Of a stretch of 64,000 nt of DNA, positions 47,227 to 56,707 are shown in pieces. The notes under the pieces were generated by a model. The model was not told the origin of the DNA and did not search any database. It worked only from the letters and a program-made list of their open reading frames with translations. The stretch lies in contig JAAZYI010000024.1 in assembly GCA_014239735.1 (NCBI GenBank), forward strand, positions 58,670-122,669, in the 5' to 3' direction. Numbering within the stretch: position 1 is the first letter of the stretch; every line of letters starts with the position of its first letter. This DNA comes from Dehalococcoidia bacterium (GTDB lineage: Bacteria; Chloroflexota; Dehalococcoidia; Lucifugimonadales; Lucifugimonadaceae). A program made the translations under genes and the position numbers.

Positions 47227-48945
47227 ATGGCATCTGTTTTTAAAAGGAAAAACCCGTCTGCATTATCTGCATTATCTGCGATTGAAAAAAAAATTATAAG
47301 AGCTTGGTGCATGTATGACTGGGCAAATTCAGCTTTTTTTACAAGTGTTGTTTCTGCAATTATGCCGCTTTATTTTGTTGGTCTTTATAAAGAAGAGTTA
47401 GGATCAGGCGTTGTTATTTTTAATTTTCAGTTTTCAGCAACTGTAGTTTGGGCTCTAACAGGTGCGTTAGGAACATTTCTCGTAGCACTAAGCAGCCCTA
47501 TATTTGGAATTATTGCTGATAGGGCAGGAATTAAAAAGAAATTAATGACTATTTTTTGTATTACTGGATGTCTGAGCACTTTGATGTTATTTTTCTCTGC
47601 ATACTCATCTTCGCCTTGGCTATTTAGCTTAGCATTTTATTTTCTTGGTGCTATAGGCGCAGCCGGTTCAAATGTATTTTATAACTCGCTTTTACCACAT
47701 ATTGCTCCGGAAGATTTATTAGATGATGTAAGTAGCAGAGGCTATGCATATGGATACTTAGGTGGTGGTTTATTGCTTTTCGCCCATTTGGTATTTTTAA
47801 TATTTTTTGAATATTCAGATTTGGCAATTAGATCATGTTTAGCTTCAGTTGGTGTCTGGTGGTTTGGATGGGCATTATGGACATTAATTGTTGTTCCTGA
47901 ACCTAAGGTTGCCAAAGTAAAAAAAATAGGAGTTAAGAGATCAATTATAAGGGCATTTAATCAATTAAAATCTACTGCTAGAGAATTTAAACAATTTAAA
48001 CAATTATTAATTTTTCTTATTGCATTTGTAATTTTTAATGATGCTATTGCTACTTGTTTAGGTATTGCTGGAGCATTTGGCTTGGATGTCCTTAGAATTT
48101 CACAGGAAACCACTATTCTTACTATTTTAATTGTTCAATTTGTTGCATTTCCAGGATCTATCTTTTTTAGTAATTTAGCAAAAAAAATAGGCACATTGAA
48201 AGCATTAAGTATTGCAGTAATTGGTTGGGGTATAATTTCAATATTGGCTGTTGGTTTTGCTCCACTTAGCTTAAATAAACATACAGACTATGATTACCAA
48301 TTAAGTTATGTTTCTGATTTAAATATGTATTCTTTTGATGTTGATCCAACATTATCTGAAACTAATAAAGTGGAAATTAGATGGGCTGAAATAAATTCAG
48401 ATTATTTAAGTTCAGCAACACTATCTATTTCTGATAGTAATAATTTTGCTGATAACTTTAGTGAACCAAATTGTAAATATAGTATTTCGTTTGATAATGG
48501 ACCTCTTAATGAATTAACAAAAATATGTGACTCTCACCCTACATTTTTAAATGAAAATTTTGTGGATAATTGGCCAAAATTTTTAAGGTTTATACTTTGG
48601 TCACCTTTAAACATAAGTCAAGATGTTCAGTTCCTTTTAATGGGAGTATTGGTAGGTTTGGTAATGGGTGGTGCGCAAGCATTAGGTAGAAGTTTATTTG
48701 CATATATGTCACCAAAAAGTCGAAGTGGCGAATTTTTTGGATTTTTCTCTTTTTCATGGAGATCAGTATCTGTCATAGGTCCAGTTAGCTATGCACTTTT
48801 GGCTGGCTTCACAACGCCTAGAATTGGCATATTGTTTTTAGCATTTCAAATTTTCTTAGGATTATTTATTTTGAAATTCGTTAATGTTGATGAAGGCAGA
48901 AAAGTTGCTATTGAACACGATAAAGCTATTTATAAAATTAAATAA
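47227..48945 (+). CDS. MFS transporter, UMF1 (Atg22-like) family, with a large hydrophilic insertion
   Basis: 'WCMYDWANSAFFTSV' N-terminal signature and multiple TM segments. A hydrophilic stretch of about 120 aa spans about 48271-48625. Confidence 0.78.
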   Translation: MASVFKRKNPSALSALSAIEKKIIRAWCMYDWANSAFFTSVVSAIMPLYFVGLYKEELGSGVVIFNFQFSATVVWALTGALGTFLVALSSPIFGIIADRAGIKKKLMTIFCITGCLSTLMLFFSAYSSSPWLFSLAFYFLGAIGAAGSNVFYNSLLPHIAPEDLLDDVSSRGYAYGYLGGGLLLFAHLVFLIFFEYSDLAIRSCLASVGVWWFGWALWTLIVVPEPKVAKVKKIGVKRSIIRAFNQLKSTAREFKQFKQLLIFLIAFVIFNDAIATCLGIAGAFGLDVLRISQETTILTILIVQFVAFPGSIFFSNLAKKIGTLKALSIAVIGWGIISILAVGFAPLSLNKHTDYDYQLSYVSDLNMYSFDVDPTLSETNKVEIRWAEINSDYLSSATLSISDSNNFADNFSEPNCKYSISFDNGPLNELTKICDSHPTFLNENFVDNWPKFLRFILWSPLNISQDVQFLLMGVLVGLVMGGAQALGRSLFAYMSPKSRSGEFFGFFSFSWRSVSVIGPVSYALLAGFTTPRIGILFLAFQIFLGLFILKFVNVDEGRKVAIEHDKAIYKIK

Positions 48946-49726
48946 ATTTTTTCGCTACATCTGGCCAATCTACTGTCATAGCTTTTGCGCCTAGCTTTTT
49001 CATTTTACTTACATCACTCTCTGACTTAGCTCCCCATGCGCACATTACTAGATTTTTTTTTGATATAAATTCAATAAACTCTTCATCGGTCCATATGTCA
49101 TCATGCACATTAGGTATGATCATGCCTATATTATATTCAGATAAAATCTTAATTATTTTACTTTTTGTTACATTGTTTAATAGCCAACCGACTCTAAAAT
49201 TAGGAGATATTTCTATGGCTTTTATAACATGGTTTAAGTTAAAAGAAGTGATGCTAAATCCTGGCACTTGATAAGGAGTATTATTTGATTTATCTGACCA
49301 GCCACACTTATTTATTAAATCAATAACTAATTGGGGTAAATCTGGATCATATGATTTTAGTTCAATTTGTAAGTGAGCATTATCTGCATACTTATCTAGA
49401 ACATCTTTTAAAACTGGCACTCTCTCTTCTTTAAATGACTTACTGAACCATCTTCCTGCATCTAATTTTTTAATATCATTATAATTAAATTCTTTAACTA
49501 ATCCCTTGCCGTTAGTAGTCCTGTCAATTTTATAATCATGCATTATAATAGGCACTTTATCTCTAGTTAAATGGACATCCAATTCAATAATATTAAATCC
49601 ATTTTTAATAGCCATATCAAAACTCGCAAAAGTATTTTCAGGAGCTTTAGAAGAAAAACCTCTATGCGCAATTAAATTCATAAAAAGACCAACTGTATTA
49701 AAAAAAAATGTTATTATAAGTATCAT
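48938..49726 (-). CDS. glycerophosphodiester phosphodiesterase (true start possibly the Met at 49681)
   Basis: 'IAHRGFS..APENT', 'IELDVHLTRD.VPIIMHD'. Confidence 0.88.
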   Translation of the reverse strand: MILIITFFFNTVGLFMNLIAHRGFSSKAPENTFASFDMAIKNGFNIIELDVHLTRDKVPIIMHDYKIDRTTNGKGLVKEFNYNDIKKLDAGRWFSKSFKEERVPVLKDVLDKYADNAHLQIELKSYDPDLPQLVIDLINKCGWSDKSNNTPYQVPGFSITSFNLNHVIKAIEISPNFRVGWLLNNVTKSKIIKILSEYNIGMIIPNVHDDIWTDEEFIEFISKKNLVMCAWGAKSESDVSKMKKLGAKAMTVDWPDVAKKFI

Positions 49727-49758
49727 TATTATAACTAATTTAATTATAGAGAATAAAG

Positions 49759-50640
49759 TTGTTCAAAAATTTAGAAAAAATATCTTGCGAAAGTTCTATA
49801 TTTATAGTTGCATTTAAAGGCTGGTCTGATGCTGCAGAAGGGGCAACTAATGCTATAGAGACTTTAATTTCTCAATATGAAGCAGAAAAATTTGCTACTT
49901 TTGAAGAAGAGGATTTATTTGCTTTTGCTAGAGAAAGGCCAGTTATAAAAAATTCTAAAAATGGTAGGGAAATATTTTGGCCGAATAATGATATTTTTTA
50001 TATAGAGAATGCTATAAATGAGTCTACATCATTAGTTGTTCTAAATGGAACAGAACCTCATTTTAAATGGAAAACATTTTCATCTGAAATTGTAAAACTT
50101 CTACTATCTATGAATGTTAAGGCTGTCGTTACTTTAGGCGCATTGTTAGATTCAATTCCTCACACAAGAGGGGTTAAAACCCAAATCACTGGGCAGCATA
50201 CATATATGCCATCTGAATTTATGAAAAAGAAAATAGAGCCATCAAAGTACGAAGGTTCTACTGGAGTTTCTTCAGTAATTATTGAAGATTTCAAGAAAAT
50301 GAATATACCTTCAATGAGTATTTGGGCACATGCTCCTCATTATTTGCAGAGCTCTCCTAATCCATTAGTTTCAAAAGCATTACTAGATGAACTTTCAAAT
50401 TGGTTGCCTCTTAGTTTCGATACAAAAAAGCTTCAAAAAAAATCAGAAAAATATATTAGTGCACTTGACAGTGCTATAGCGCAAGATTCTGAGCTTAAAT
50501 CATACATAGAGAAACTTGAAACGAAATACGATTCAGCAGTAGTTGATTTTCCTCCTGTTGATGATGACCTGCTACTTAAAGATTTAGAAAAATTTCTTGA
50601 AACCAATAATAAAGGCAATGATAGTAGTTCTGGCGAGTGA
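49759..50640 (+). CDS. PAC2-family (proteasome-assembly-chaperone-like) protein; TTG start
   Basis: 'IVAFKGWSDAAEGATNAIETL' and overall PAC2-like layout, with an acidic C-terminal tail. Confidence 0.7.
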   Translation: MFKNLEKISCESSIFIVAFKGWSDAAEGATNAIETLISQYEAEKFATFEEEDLFAFARERPVIKNSKNGREIFWPNNDIFYIENAINESTSLVVLNGTEPHFKWKTFSSEIVKLLLSMNVKAVVTLGALLDSIPHTRGVKTQITGQHTYMPSEFMKKKIEPSKYEGSTGVSSVIIEDFKKMNIPSMSIWAHAPHYLQSSPNPLVSKALLDELSNWLPLSFDTKKLQKKSEKYISALDSAIAQDSELKSYIEKLETKYDSAVVDFPPVDDDLLLKDLEKFLETNNKGNDSSSGE

Positions 50641-50876
50641 ATAGGTTCTTAGAAAATATATCTAACCTCTTTAATTAATCTAATAAAGAAATTGGCTTTG
50701 GAAGTAAAGCTAAATCAATAAATTCTAGAAAAGCTTTACTTTTTCAAGAATTAAAATCTGAATCCTCTGCATATGAAGAATATATCGATGGAGTTATTTA
50801 TAAAGATTTAGAATTCGATAAATTAAAAAAATTAAGTAATAAAAATGTTCTTAATGGATTAATTTTTCCTGATAAA

Positions 50877-51362
50877 ATGATTAACCTAGAAAAACTAGAA
50901 AATTGTAATTTTGATTTTGTAATACTTCATGATTTAAATATTTCATCTGAATTTCTCTTATCTGAAAAGATAGCATCTGGCTTTTATATAAATAGCAATC
51001 TTGATGATAGTACTTACGATACTATAAATAATATCCCCTTCTCTTTTGTTGTTATTGATTTAATAAAAAAACCAAAATATGAAACTTTATCTGGTATATT
51101 CGACTTAACAAAGATAATTTCAAATATTGATAACAATATAATTTTAAAATTAGATTACATACCAACTGAGAAGACGTTAGAGCTTTTATATTTACTAGGT
51201 ATAGTTGGGGTTATTATTGATTCTGAAGCACACAGAGAAGATAAATTTAAAATACTAGATAAATATTTGAAAGACTTAAAAGGGGATATAAAAAAGAAGC
51301 CTATTTTATATCCTAATATTTCAAATAACATGGATTTTATTCCATATGATGATGAGGAATAA
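50877..51362 (+). CDS. hypothetical protein (161 aa from the first ATG; frame open upstream to 50679)
   Basis: ORF with no recognised family. 66 in-frame sense codons upstream contain no ATG, GTG or TTG. Confidence 0.5.
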   Translation: MINLEKLENCNFDFVILHDLNISSEFLLSEKIASGFYINSNLDDSTYDTINNIPFSFVVIDLIKKPKYETLSGIFDLTKIISNIDNNIILKLDYIPTEKTLELLYLLGIVGVIIDSEAHREDKFKILDKYLKDLKGDIKKKPILYPNISNNMDFIPYDDEE

Positions 51363-51365
51363 TAT

Positions 51366-52280
51366 ATGAAAATTTCAATTTTAGGCCTTAATGATGATGC
51401 CACTTTTTTTTTAAAAAGATCTGATATTTTAAAAAAAAATAGCCAGTTAGATTTTTTTGCATTTGATGATAGAAAAAAACAAAATTATTTCAAGAAAAAA
51501 TTTCCAAATCTAAAAGCTCCATGGAATTTAAATGAGGTTTTTGAATCATCTGAACTTTTACTTAATTTTTCTGATTTAAAGAGTTTGCCTGATTCGTTGG
51601 CAATAATTCAAGATAACAAGCTTGATTGTCCAATAATTGATTTTTCACCAAATAAAAAATATTCAATAAAGTTATTCAATGATTCATCATTATCGCAAAA
51701 TAATATAGTTCATGCTATGTCACCAGGAAGAGTTGGTATAAACAATAATCAGGAAATTATTAACTTGCCGGTGGTTCTTAATAATAATGTTCGGTCAGAT
51801 TTCAACGAACAAACCAATTTATTTTTTAAAAGATTAAAAATTACATTCAAATTTATGGATGAAATTGAGCATGATGAAGTTCTTAGATCAAATTATTATT
51901 TGCCGAATATATTGTTATTTTCATTAGCTAAAATAATGGATCAAAAATCTAAAATTATTTCTAATACCTTGGGAACAGAATTCATCGAAAATATAAGAAC
52001 ATTGGTAAATGTTAATATTGATGATGATCTCATACAGAATTATATATACGATGATTTAAATGAATTAATAAATTCTTTGAACTATGAAATGAAAGAAATA
52101 TTTACAAATACTAATAAATTAGATGATTCATATTTTATTAATTCAAAAAAAGCAGCAAATATATTAGACCCCAATGCATCAATTCCAAAATCTAAAGATA
52201 CTATTATGAGTCTTTTTTTTGGAACTAGATTCACTAAATTAGTATCAGGCTGGTCTAAAATTGATAAATCAAATGATTAA
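51366..52280 (+). CDS. divergent prephenate/arogenate dehydrogenase (TyrA)-like protein
   Basis: 'KISILGL..' Rossmann-like start, 'VHAMSPG' (compare HPMAG), 'EIEHDEVLRSNYYLPNILLFSLA' (compare EHD...SHLPH..A.AL). Lies immediately upstream of aroA. Confidence 0.45.
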   Translation: MKISILGLNDDATFFLKRSDILKKNSQLDFFAFDDRKKQNYFKKKFPNLKAPWNLNEVFESSELLLNFSDLKSLPDSLAIIQDNKLDCPIIDFSPNKKYSIKLFNDSSLSQNNIVHAMSPGRVGINNNQEIINLPVVLNNNVRSDFNEQTNLFFKRLKITFKFMDEIEHDEVLRSNYYLPNILLFSLAKIMDQKSKIISNTLGTEFIENIRTLVNVNIDDDLIQNYIYDDLNELINSLNYEMKEIFTNTNKLDDSYFINSKKAANILDPNASIPKSKDTIMSLFFGTRFTKLVSGWSKIDKSND

Positions 52281-53562
52281 ATTAAATTCATCTTTATTAT
52301 TTAGTGGTGAACTTAAAGTGCCTAGCGACAAAAGCATTTCACATCGTTCAGCATTATTAAATTCAATTTCAATCGGTAAATCAAAGATATTAAATTATAG
52401 TAATGGTGAAGATTGCCTTAGCACACTCTCTGTTCTAAAAGAACTTGGTGTTAATATAAATTTAATCCCTAAAGAAAATTCATATGACTTAGAGATTGAA
52501 TCAAAAGGGTTAAATTCGCTTACTAAACCAAAAAATAATTTATATGCAGGAAACAGCGGCACAACAACAAGACTTTTGTCGGGAATCTTGTCATTTTCTA
52601 ATTTCAATTCAATTCTTTTAGGTGATATCTCTTTGAATTCTAGGCCAATGAAAAGAATTATTGATCCTCTCATTATGATGGGAGCTAATATAAAAAGTAA
52701 TGATAATTGTGCTCCACTTGAATTTAGCCAATCAAATTTAAGTGGCATTCACTATAATATGGATGTTGCTAGCGCCCAAGTTAAATCTTGCATTATCCTA
52801 GCAACTTTAGGAGCTAATTCAAAATCTGTAATTACTCAGCCAGCCTTATCTAGAGATCACACTGAAAGAATGCTTATTTCTATGGGCTCAGATATTAAAA
52901 TTAATAAAAATGAAGTAACTATTTGCCCAGGAGAAATTAATTCTATAGATATTGAAGTTCCTGGAGATATTAGTTCTGCTGCATTTTGGATTGTTGCTGC
53001 CCTGATACACCCTAAAGGAAATATTGTTTTAAAAAATGTTGGTATAAATCCACTTAGAACAGGAATACTAGATGTCCTTATTAAGATGGGTGGAAGAATT
53101 GAAATATTCAATGAAAGAGAAGTTGCTAATGAGCCAGTAGCTGATATTAGAGTGATTCATTCAGAACTAAATGGCATTGAAATTAATGGGGATATTATTC
53201 CTAAACTTATTGATGAAATACCAATTATAATTATAGCTTCAGTTGTTGCAAAAGGGACAACTATTATAAAAGATGCTTCAGAATTAAGAGTTAAGGAAAC
53301 TGACAGGCTTTTTGCAATGTCAGAATTTTTGAAAGGCTCAAATATTAAACATCATCTTTTTGATGATGGAATTGAAATTTCTGGCAATTCTAATTTTAGT
53401 GGAGGCAATTTTGATTCTTTTAATGATCATAGAATAGCTATGTCAATTGCTGTAAGCTCACTAATTTCTGACCAAGAAACTATAATAAATAATCATGAAG
53501 CTGCATCAGTTTCATATAAACAATTTTGGAATCACCTAGAATTATTAAAATTAGATAATTGA
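52261..53562 (+). CDS. aroA: 3-phosphoshikimate 1-carboxyvinyltransferase (EPSP synthase)
   Basis: 'LKVPSDKSISHR', 'GNSGTTTRLL', 'LRVKETDR', 'NDHRIAMS'. Confidence 0.93.
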   Translation: MINQMIKLNSSLLFSGELKVPSDKSISHRSALLNSISIGKSKILNYSNGEDCLSTLSVLKELGVNINLIPKENSYDLEIESKGLNSLTKPKNNLYAGNSGTTTRLLSGILSFSNFNSILLGDISLNSRPMKRIIDPLIMMGANIKSNDNCAPLEFSQSNLSGIHYNMDVASAQVKSCIILATLGANSKSVITQPALSRDHTERMLISMGSDIKINKNEVTICPGEINSIDIEVPGDISSAAFWIVAALIHPKGNIVLKNVGINPLRTGILDVLIKMGGRIEIFNEREVANEPVADIRVIHSELNGIEINGDIIPKLIDEIPIIIIASVVAKGTTIIKDASELRVKETDRLFAMSEFLKGSNIKHHLFDDGIEISGNSNFSGGNFDSFNDHRIAMSIAVSSLISDQETIINNHEAASVSYKQFWNHLELLKLDN

Positions 53563-54134
53563 TAGATAAAAATGAACAACAAAATATAATAGTGATATCA
53601 GGGCCTTCTGGGGTTGGCAAAGATACTCTTATGGAAACAATTGAAAAGAAATATCCAGAAAAAATTCATATAGTTATAACTGCTACTACCAGAAAGCCTA
53701 GATCTAATGAAGAGAATGGAGTTAATCACTTTTTTGTTGATAAAGATAAATTTAATCAAATGATCAATAATGATGAACTTATTGAATGGGCAAAAGTATA
53801 TGAAAACTTATATGGTGTCCCTAAGTCAGAAATAACTAATAATATATCTAAAAATATTAAAGTATTAATTAGAGTTGATGTTCAAGGTGCTAGAAGACTA
53901 AAAGAGATTTTAAAATATTCAGTTTTTATTTTTATAAGTCCTGAATCAAAAGAAGATTTAAATAAAAGGTTAATATTAAGACATGAAAACTCTGAAAGTG
54001 ACATAGAAAAAAGATTGATGGAGGTTGAGGCAGAAATTGTTGAGTCTGAATGGTTTGATTTCATTGTCATTAACTATCCTGGCCAAGCTGAAAAAGCAGT
54101 TTTAGAACTTTCAGATATTATAGGATTGAATTGA
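53559..54134 (+). CDS. gmk: guanylate kinase
   Basis: 'ISGPSGVGKDTL', 'TTR.PR..E..G..Y.F', 'YG'. Confidence 0.92.
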   Translation: MIDKNEQQNIIVISGPSGVGKDTLMETIEKKYPEKIHIVITATTRKPRSNEENGVNHFFVDKDKFNQMINNDELIEWAKVYENLYGVPKSEITNNISKNIKVLIRVDVQGARRLKEILKYSVFIFISPESKEDLNKRLILRHENSESDIEKRLMEVEAEIVESEWFDFIVINYPGQAEKAVLELSDIIGLN

Positions 54135-54135
54135 T

Positions 54136-55269
54136 ATGAAAATTGTAATAGCGCCTCAAGCATTTAAAGGGTCTTTAACAGCAAGTGAAGCAACTGACTG
54201 TATTTCAGAGGCTGTGCTTGATATTTTTCCGAATTCAGAAATAGTAAAACTTCCTATTGCAGATGGTGGAGATGGGACTTTAGAAACTTTAGTTGAAAGC
54301 CATAAAGGAAAATTCATTGAATCAGAAATTTTAGATCCTTTAGGTAATAATGTTATTGCAGAATGGGGACTAATTGGAGATATAGCTATTATTGAAATGG
54401 CGAGAAGCTCGGGACTTGCTTTAATTGATCCAAAAAAACTTGATCCAATGAATGCAACTTCGTTTGGTACAGGGCAGCTAATATTAGAATCCTTAAATCA
54501 TAATGTAAGTAAAATTATATTAGGCATAGGTGGTAGCGCAACAAATGATTGTGGTGTTGGAGTTGCTAAAGCATTAGGAGTGAAATTTCTTAAAGAAGAT
54601 GGTTCTGAAGTTTCAAATAATGTTGAAGACTTTATAAATATAAAAACTATAAACATGGAATCTGTTAACTCAAAAATCAGCCATATTGATATAGAAGTTG
54701 CATGTGACGTTACTAATACTTTATGCGGGAAAGAAGGCGCTTCATATATATATGGTCCTCAAAAAGGTGCTAGCAGCCAGCAAATCGAAATCCTTGATAA
54801 TAATCTTATGCATCTATCCAATGTTATAAAAAATAATATTGGCAAAGATATTTTAAATTTAGAAGGAGGTGGAGCTGCTGGAGGAATGGGAGCTGGCATG
54901 GTTGCATTTTTTTCCGCTAAATTAAGGCCAGGTGTAGATATTGTTTTTGATACCTTAGATGTTAAAGAGAAAATTTCAGGTGCTAATTTAATTATTACAG
55001 GTGAAGGTCAATTTGATATTTCATCTACTTATAACAAGGCTCCAACTGCTATTGCAAAGCTCGGCATGAAGCATAATATACCTTCTATAGGTATTAGTGG
55101 CTCTTTTGGAGAAGGATTTGAAAAATTAGATGAATATGGAATTCTTTCTAAATCAACACTTATAAATAAAATTTCTGACTTAGAAACAAATATAAAAGAA
55201 GCAAAGTATCTACTTAAAATTGCCGCCAAAGAACAGTTGAAAGCTATAAAAATTGGAATGAATCTATGA
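54136..55269 (+). CDS. glxK: glycerate kinase
   Basis: 'MKIVIAPQAFKGSLTASEA', 'PIADGGDGT', 'ITGEGQFD'. Confidence 0.9.
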   Translation: MKIVIAPQAFKGSLTASEATDCISEAVLDIFPNSEIVKLPIADGGDGTLETLVESHKGKFIESEILDPLGNNVIAEWGLIGDIAIIEMARSSGLALIDPKKLDPMNATSFGTGQLILESLNHNVSKIILGIGGSATNDCGVGVAKALGVKFLKEDGSEVSNNVEDFINIKTINMESVNSKISHIDIEVACDVTNTLCGKEGASYIYGPQKGASSQQIEILDNNLMHLSNVIKNNIGKDILNLEGGGAAGGMGAGMVAFFSAKLRPGVDIVFDTLDVKEKISGANLIITGEGQFDISSTYNKAPTAIAKLGMKHNIPSIGISGSFGEGFEKLDEYGILSKSTLINKISDLETNIKEAKYLLKIAAKEQLKAIKIGMNL

Positions 55270-56483
55270 GAAAATATGATATTGCAATTATTGGAGGCGG
55301 AATCATTGGATTTGGAACTGCCTTAGGTATACAGAGAAAAAACCCTAAATTAAAAATATGCATTATTGAAAAAGATGATGTAGTTTCAAACCATCAAACT
55401 GGTCATAATAGTGGCGTGATTCATTCAGGAATTTATTATAAACCTGGTTCTTTAAAAGCAAATTTTTGTGTTGAAGGAAGGGCTAGCATGGCTGAGTTTT
55501 GTCAAAAATATAACTTAAAATATATTAAATGCGGAAAAATTATTGTTGCATACACAGAAGATGAAATACCTAGACTCCAAAATTTATATGAAAGAGGAAT
55601 TGCTAATAAGGTAAAAGGACTAGAAATTATCGGCCCAGAAAGAATTAAAGAGATAGAACCCCACGCAGTAGGCTTAAAAGCACTTTATGCTCCTAATACT
55701 GGGATAGTAGATTATAAAGAAATAACAGAAAAATATGCCCAAATTTCTATGGAAAATGGAGCTGATGTTTTACTTGGTACTAGTTTTGAAAGTTTTTCTG
55801 ATTCTAGAGATTCAGGAGATCTTGTTCTTGAAACATCAAATGGTGAAATATGCTCTAAATTAACTATAAATTGTGCAGGATTACAATCTGATATTGTGGC
55901 AAAAAAAATGGGAATAAACCCAAAACTTCAAATAATACCTTTTAGAGGCGAATATTATAATTTAATTCCTGAAAAGAAAGATTTAGTTAAAGGCTTGATA
56001 TACCCTGTTCCAGATCCTGCATTTCCTTTTTTAGGTGTCCACTTTACCAAAACGGTACATAATGGTCTTGTTGAAGCCGGCCCAAATGCTGTCCTTGCCT
56101 ATTCAAGAGAAGGATACAAAAAAACTGATATCAATATAAGAGAATTGCTTTCCACTCTTTCATTTCCTGGCTTTATTAAATTCGGCCTTAAAAATTGGAA
56201 AACCGGAGTTAGTGAAATTAATAGATCTTATAGAAAAAGCGTTTTTGTGAAGGATTTACAAAAAATGATACCGGATGTTAAATCTGAAGATTTAGAAAGC
56301 GGAGGATCAGGGGTGAGAGCTCAAGCCATTGGTTCAGATGGAGCCATGATTGATGATTTTGCAATAGAAACTACAGATAAATCTATCCATGTTTTAAATG
56401 CGCCATCTCCTGGTGCTACATCCTCTTTAGTAATTGGAAATTATATTGCTGGGTTAGCATTAGAAAAAATATCTCTTGACTAA
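55266..56483 (+). CDS. lhgO: FAD-dependent L-2-hydroxyglutarate oxidase/dehydrogenase
   Basis: 'YDIAIIGGGIIG', 'HQTGHNSGVIHSGIYYKPGSLKA', 'SPGATSS'. Confidence 0.85.
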   Translation: MRKYDIAIIGGGIIGFGTALGIQRKNPKLKICIIEKDDVVSNHQTGHNSGVIHSGIYYKPGSLKANFCVEGRASMAEFCQKYNLKYIKCGKIIVAYTEDEIPRLQNLYERGIANKVKGLEIIGPERIKEIEPHAVGLKALYAPNTGIVDYKEITEKYAQISMENGADVLLGTSFESFSDSRDSGDLVLETSNGEICSKLTINCAGLQSDIVAKKMGINPKLQIIPFRGEYYNLIPEKKDLVKGLIYPVPDPAFPFLGVHFTKTVHNGLVEAGPNAVLAYSREGYKKTDINIRELLSTLSFPGFIKFGLKNWKTGVSEINRSYRKSVFVKDLQKMIPDVKSEDLESGGSGVRAQAIGSDGAMIDDFAIETTDKSIHVLNAPSPGATSSLVIGNYIAGLALEKISLD

Positions 56484-56526
56484 TAAATTGGTTTAATATT
56501 TAATTTTTATATTAACAATAAAAATA

Positions 56527-56659
56527 TCTCTAAGGATAAGAGAATCGGTTTAAATCCGAACGGTTTGCGCCACTGTTACGCGTGATGCATTGGTCACTGG
56601 ATAATATCTGGGAAGGCTAATTTAAAATGTACGCATAAGTCAGGAGACCTCCTTAAAGA
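56527..56659 (+). promoter_or_regulatory. cobalamin (B12) riboswitch aptamer
   Basis: Conserved 'GAATCGGTTTAAATCCGAACGG', 'GCCACTG' (56569-56575), 'CTGGGAAGGC', and B12-box 'AAGTCAGGAGACCTCC' (56637-56652). P1 pairs TCTCTAAGGA (56527-56536) with TCCTTAAAGA (56650-56659) at 9 of 10 positions. Lies upstream of a btuCFD-like operon. Confidence 0.85.
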
Positions 56660-56707
56660 ATAGTTAAAGGTTTTCGCAATAAAAAATCTGTATTTCAGAG
56701 ATTTATT

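Noticed and set aside
56660-56707. Search for the riboswitch expression platform (terminator or SD-sequestering helix)
   Set aside because: I found only a weak 4-bp stem (CCTT/AAGG) followed by TTTT, and no clear Shine-Dalgarno before the GTG or ATG start. The regulatory mechanism is left unresolved rather than called.
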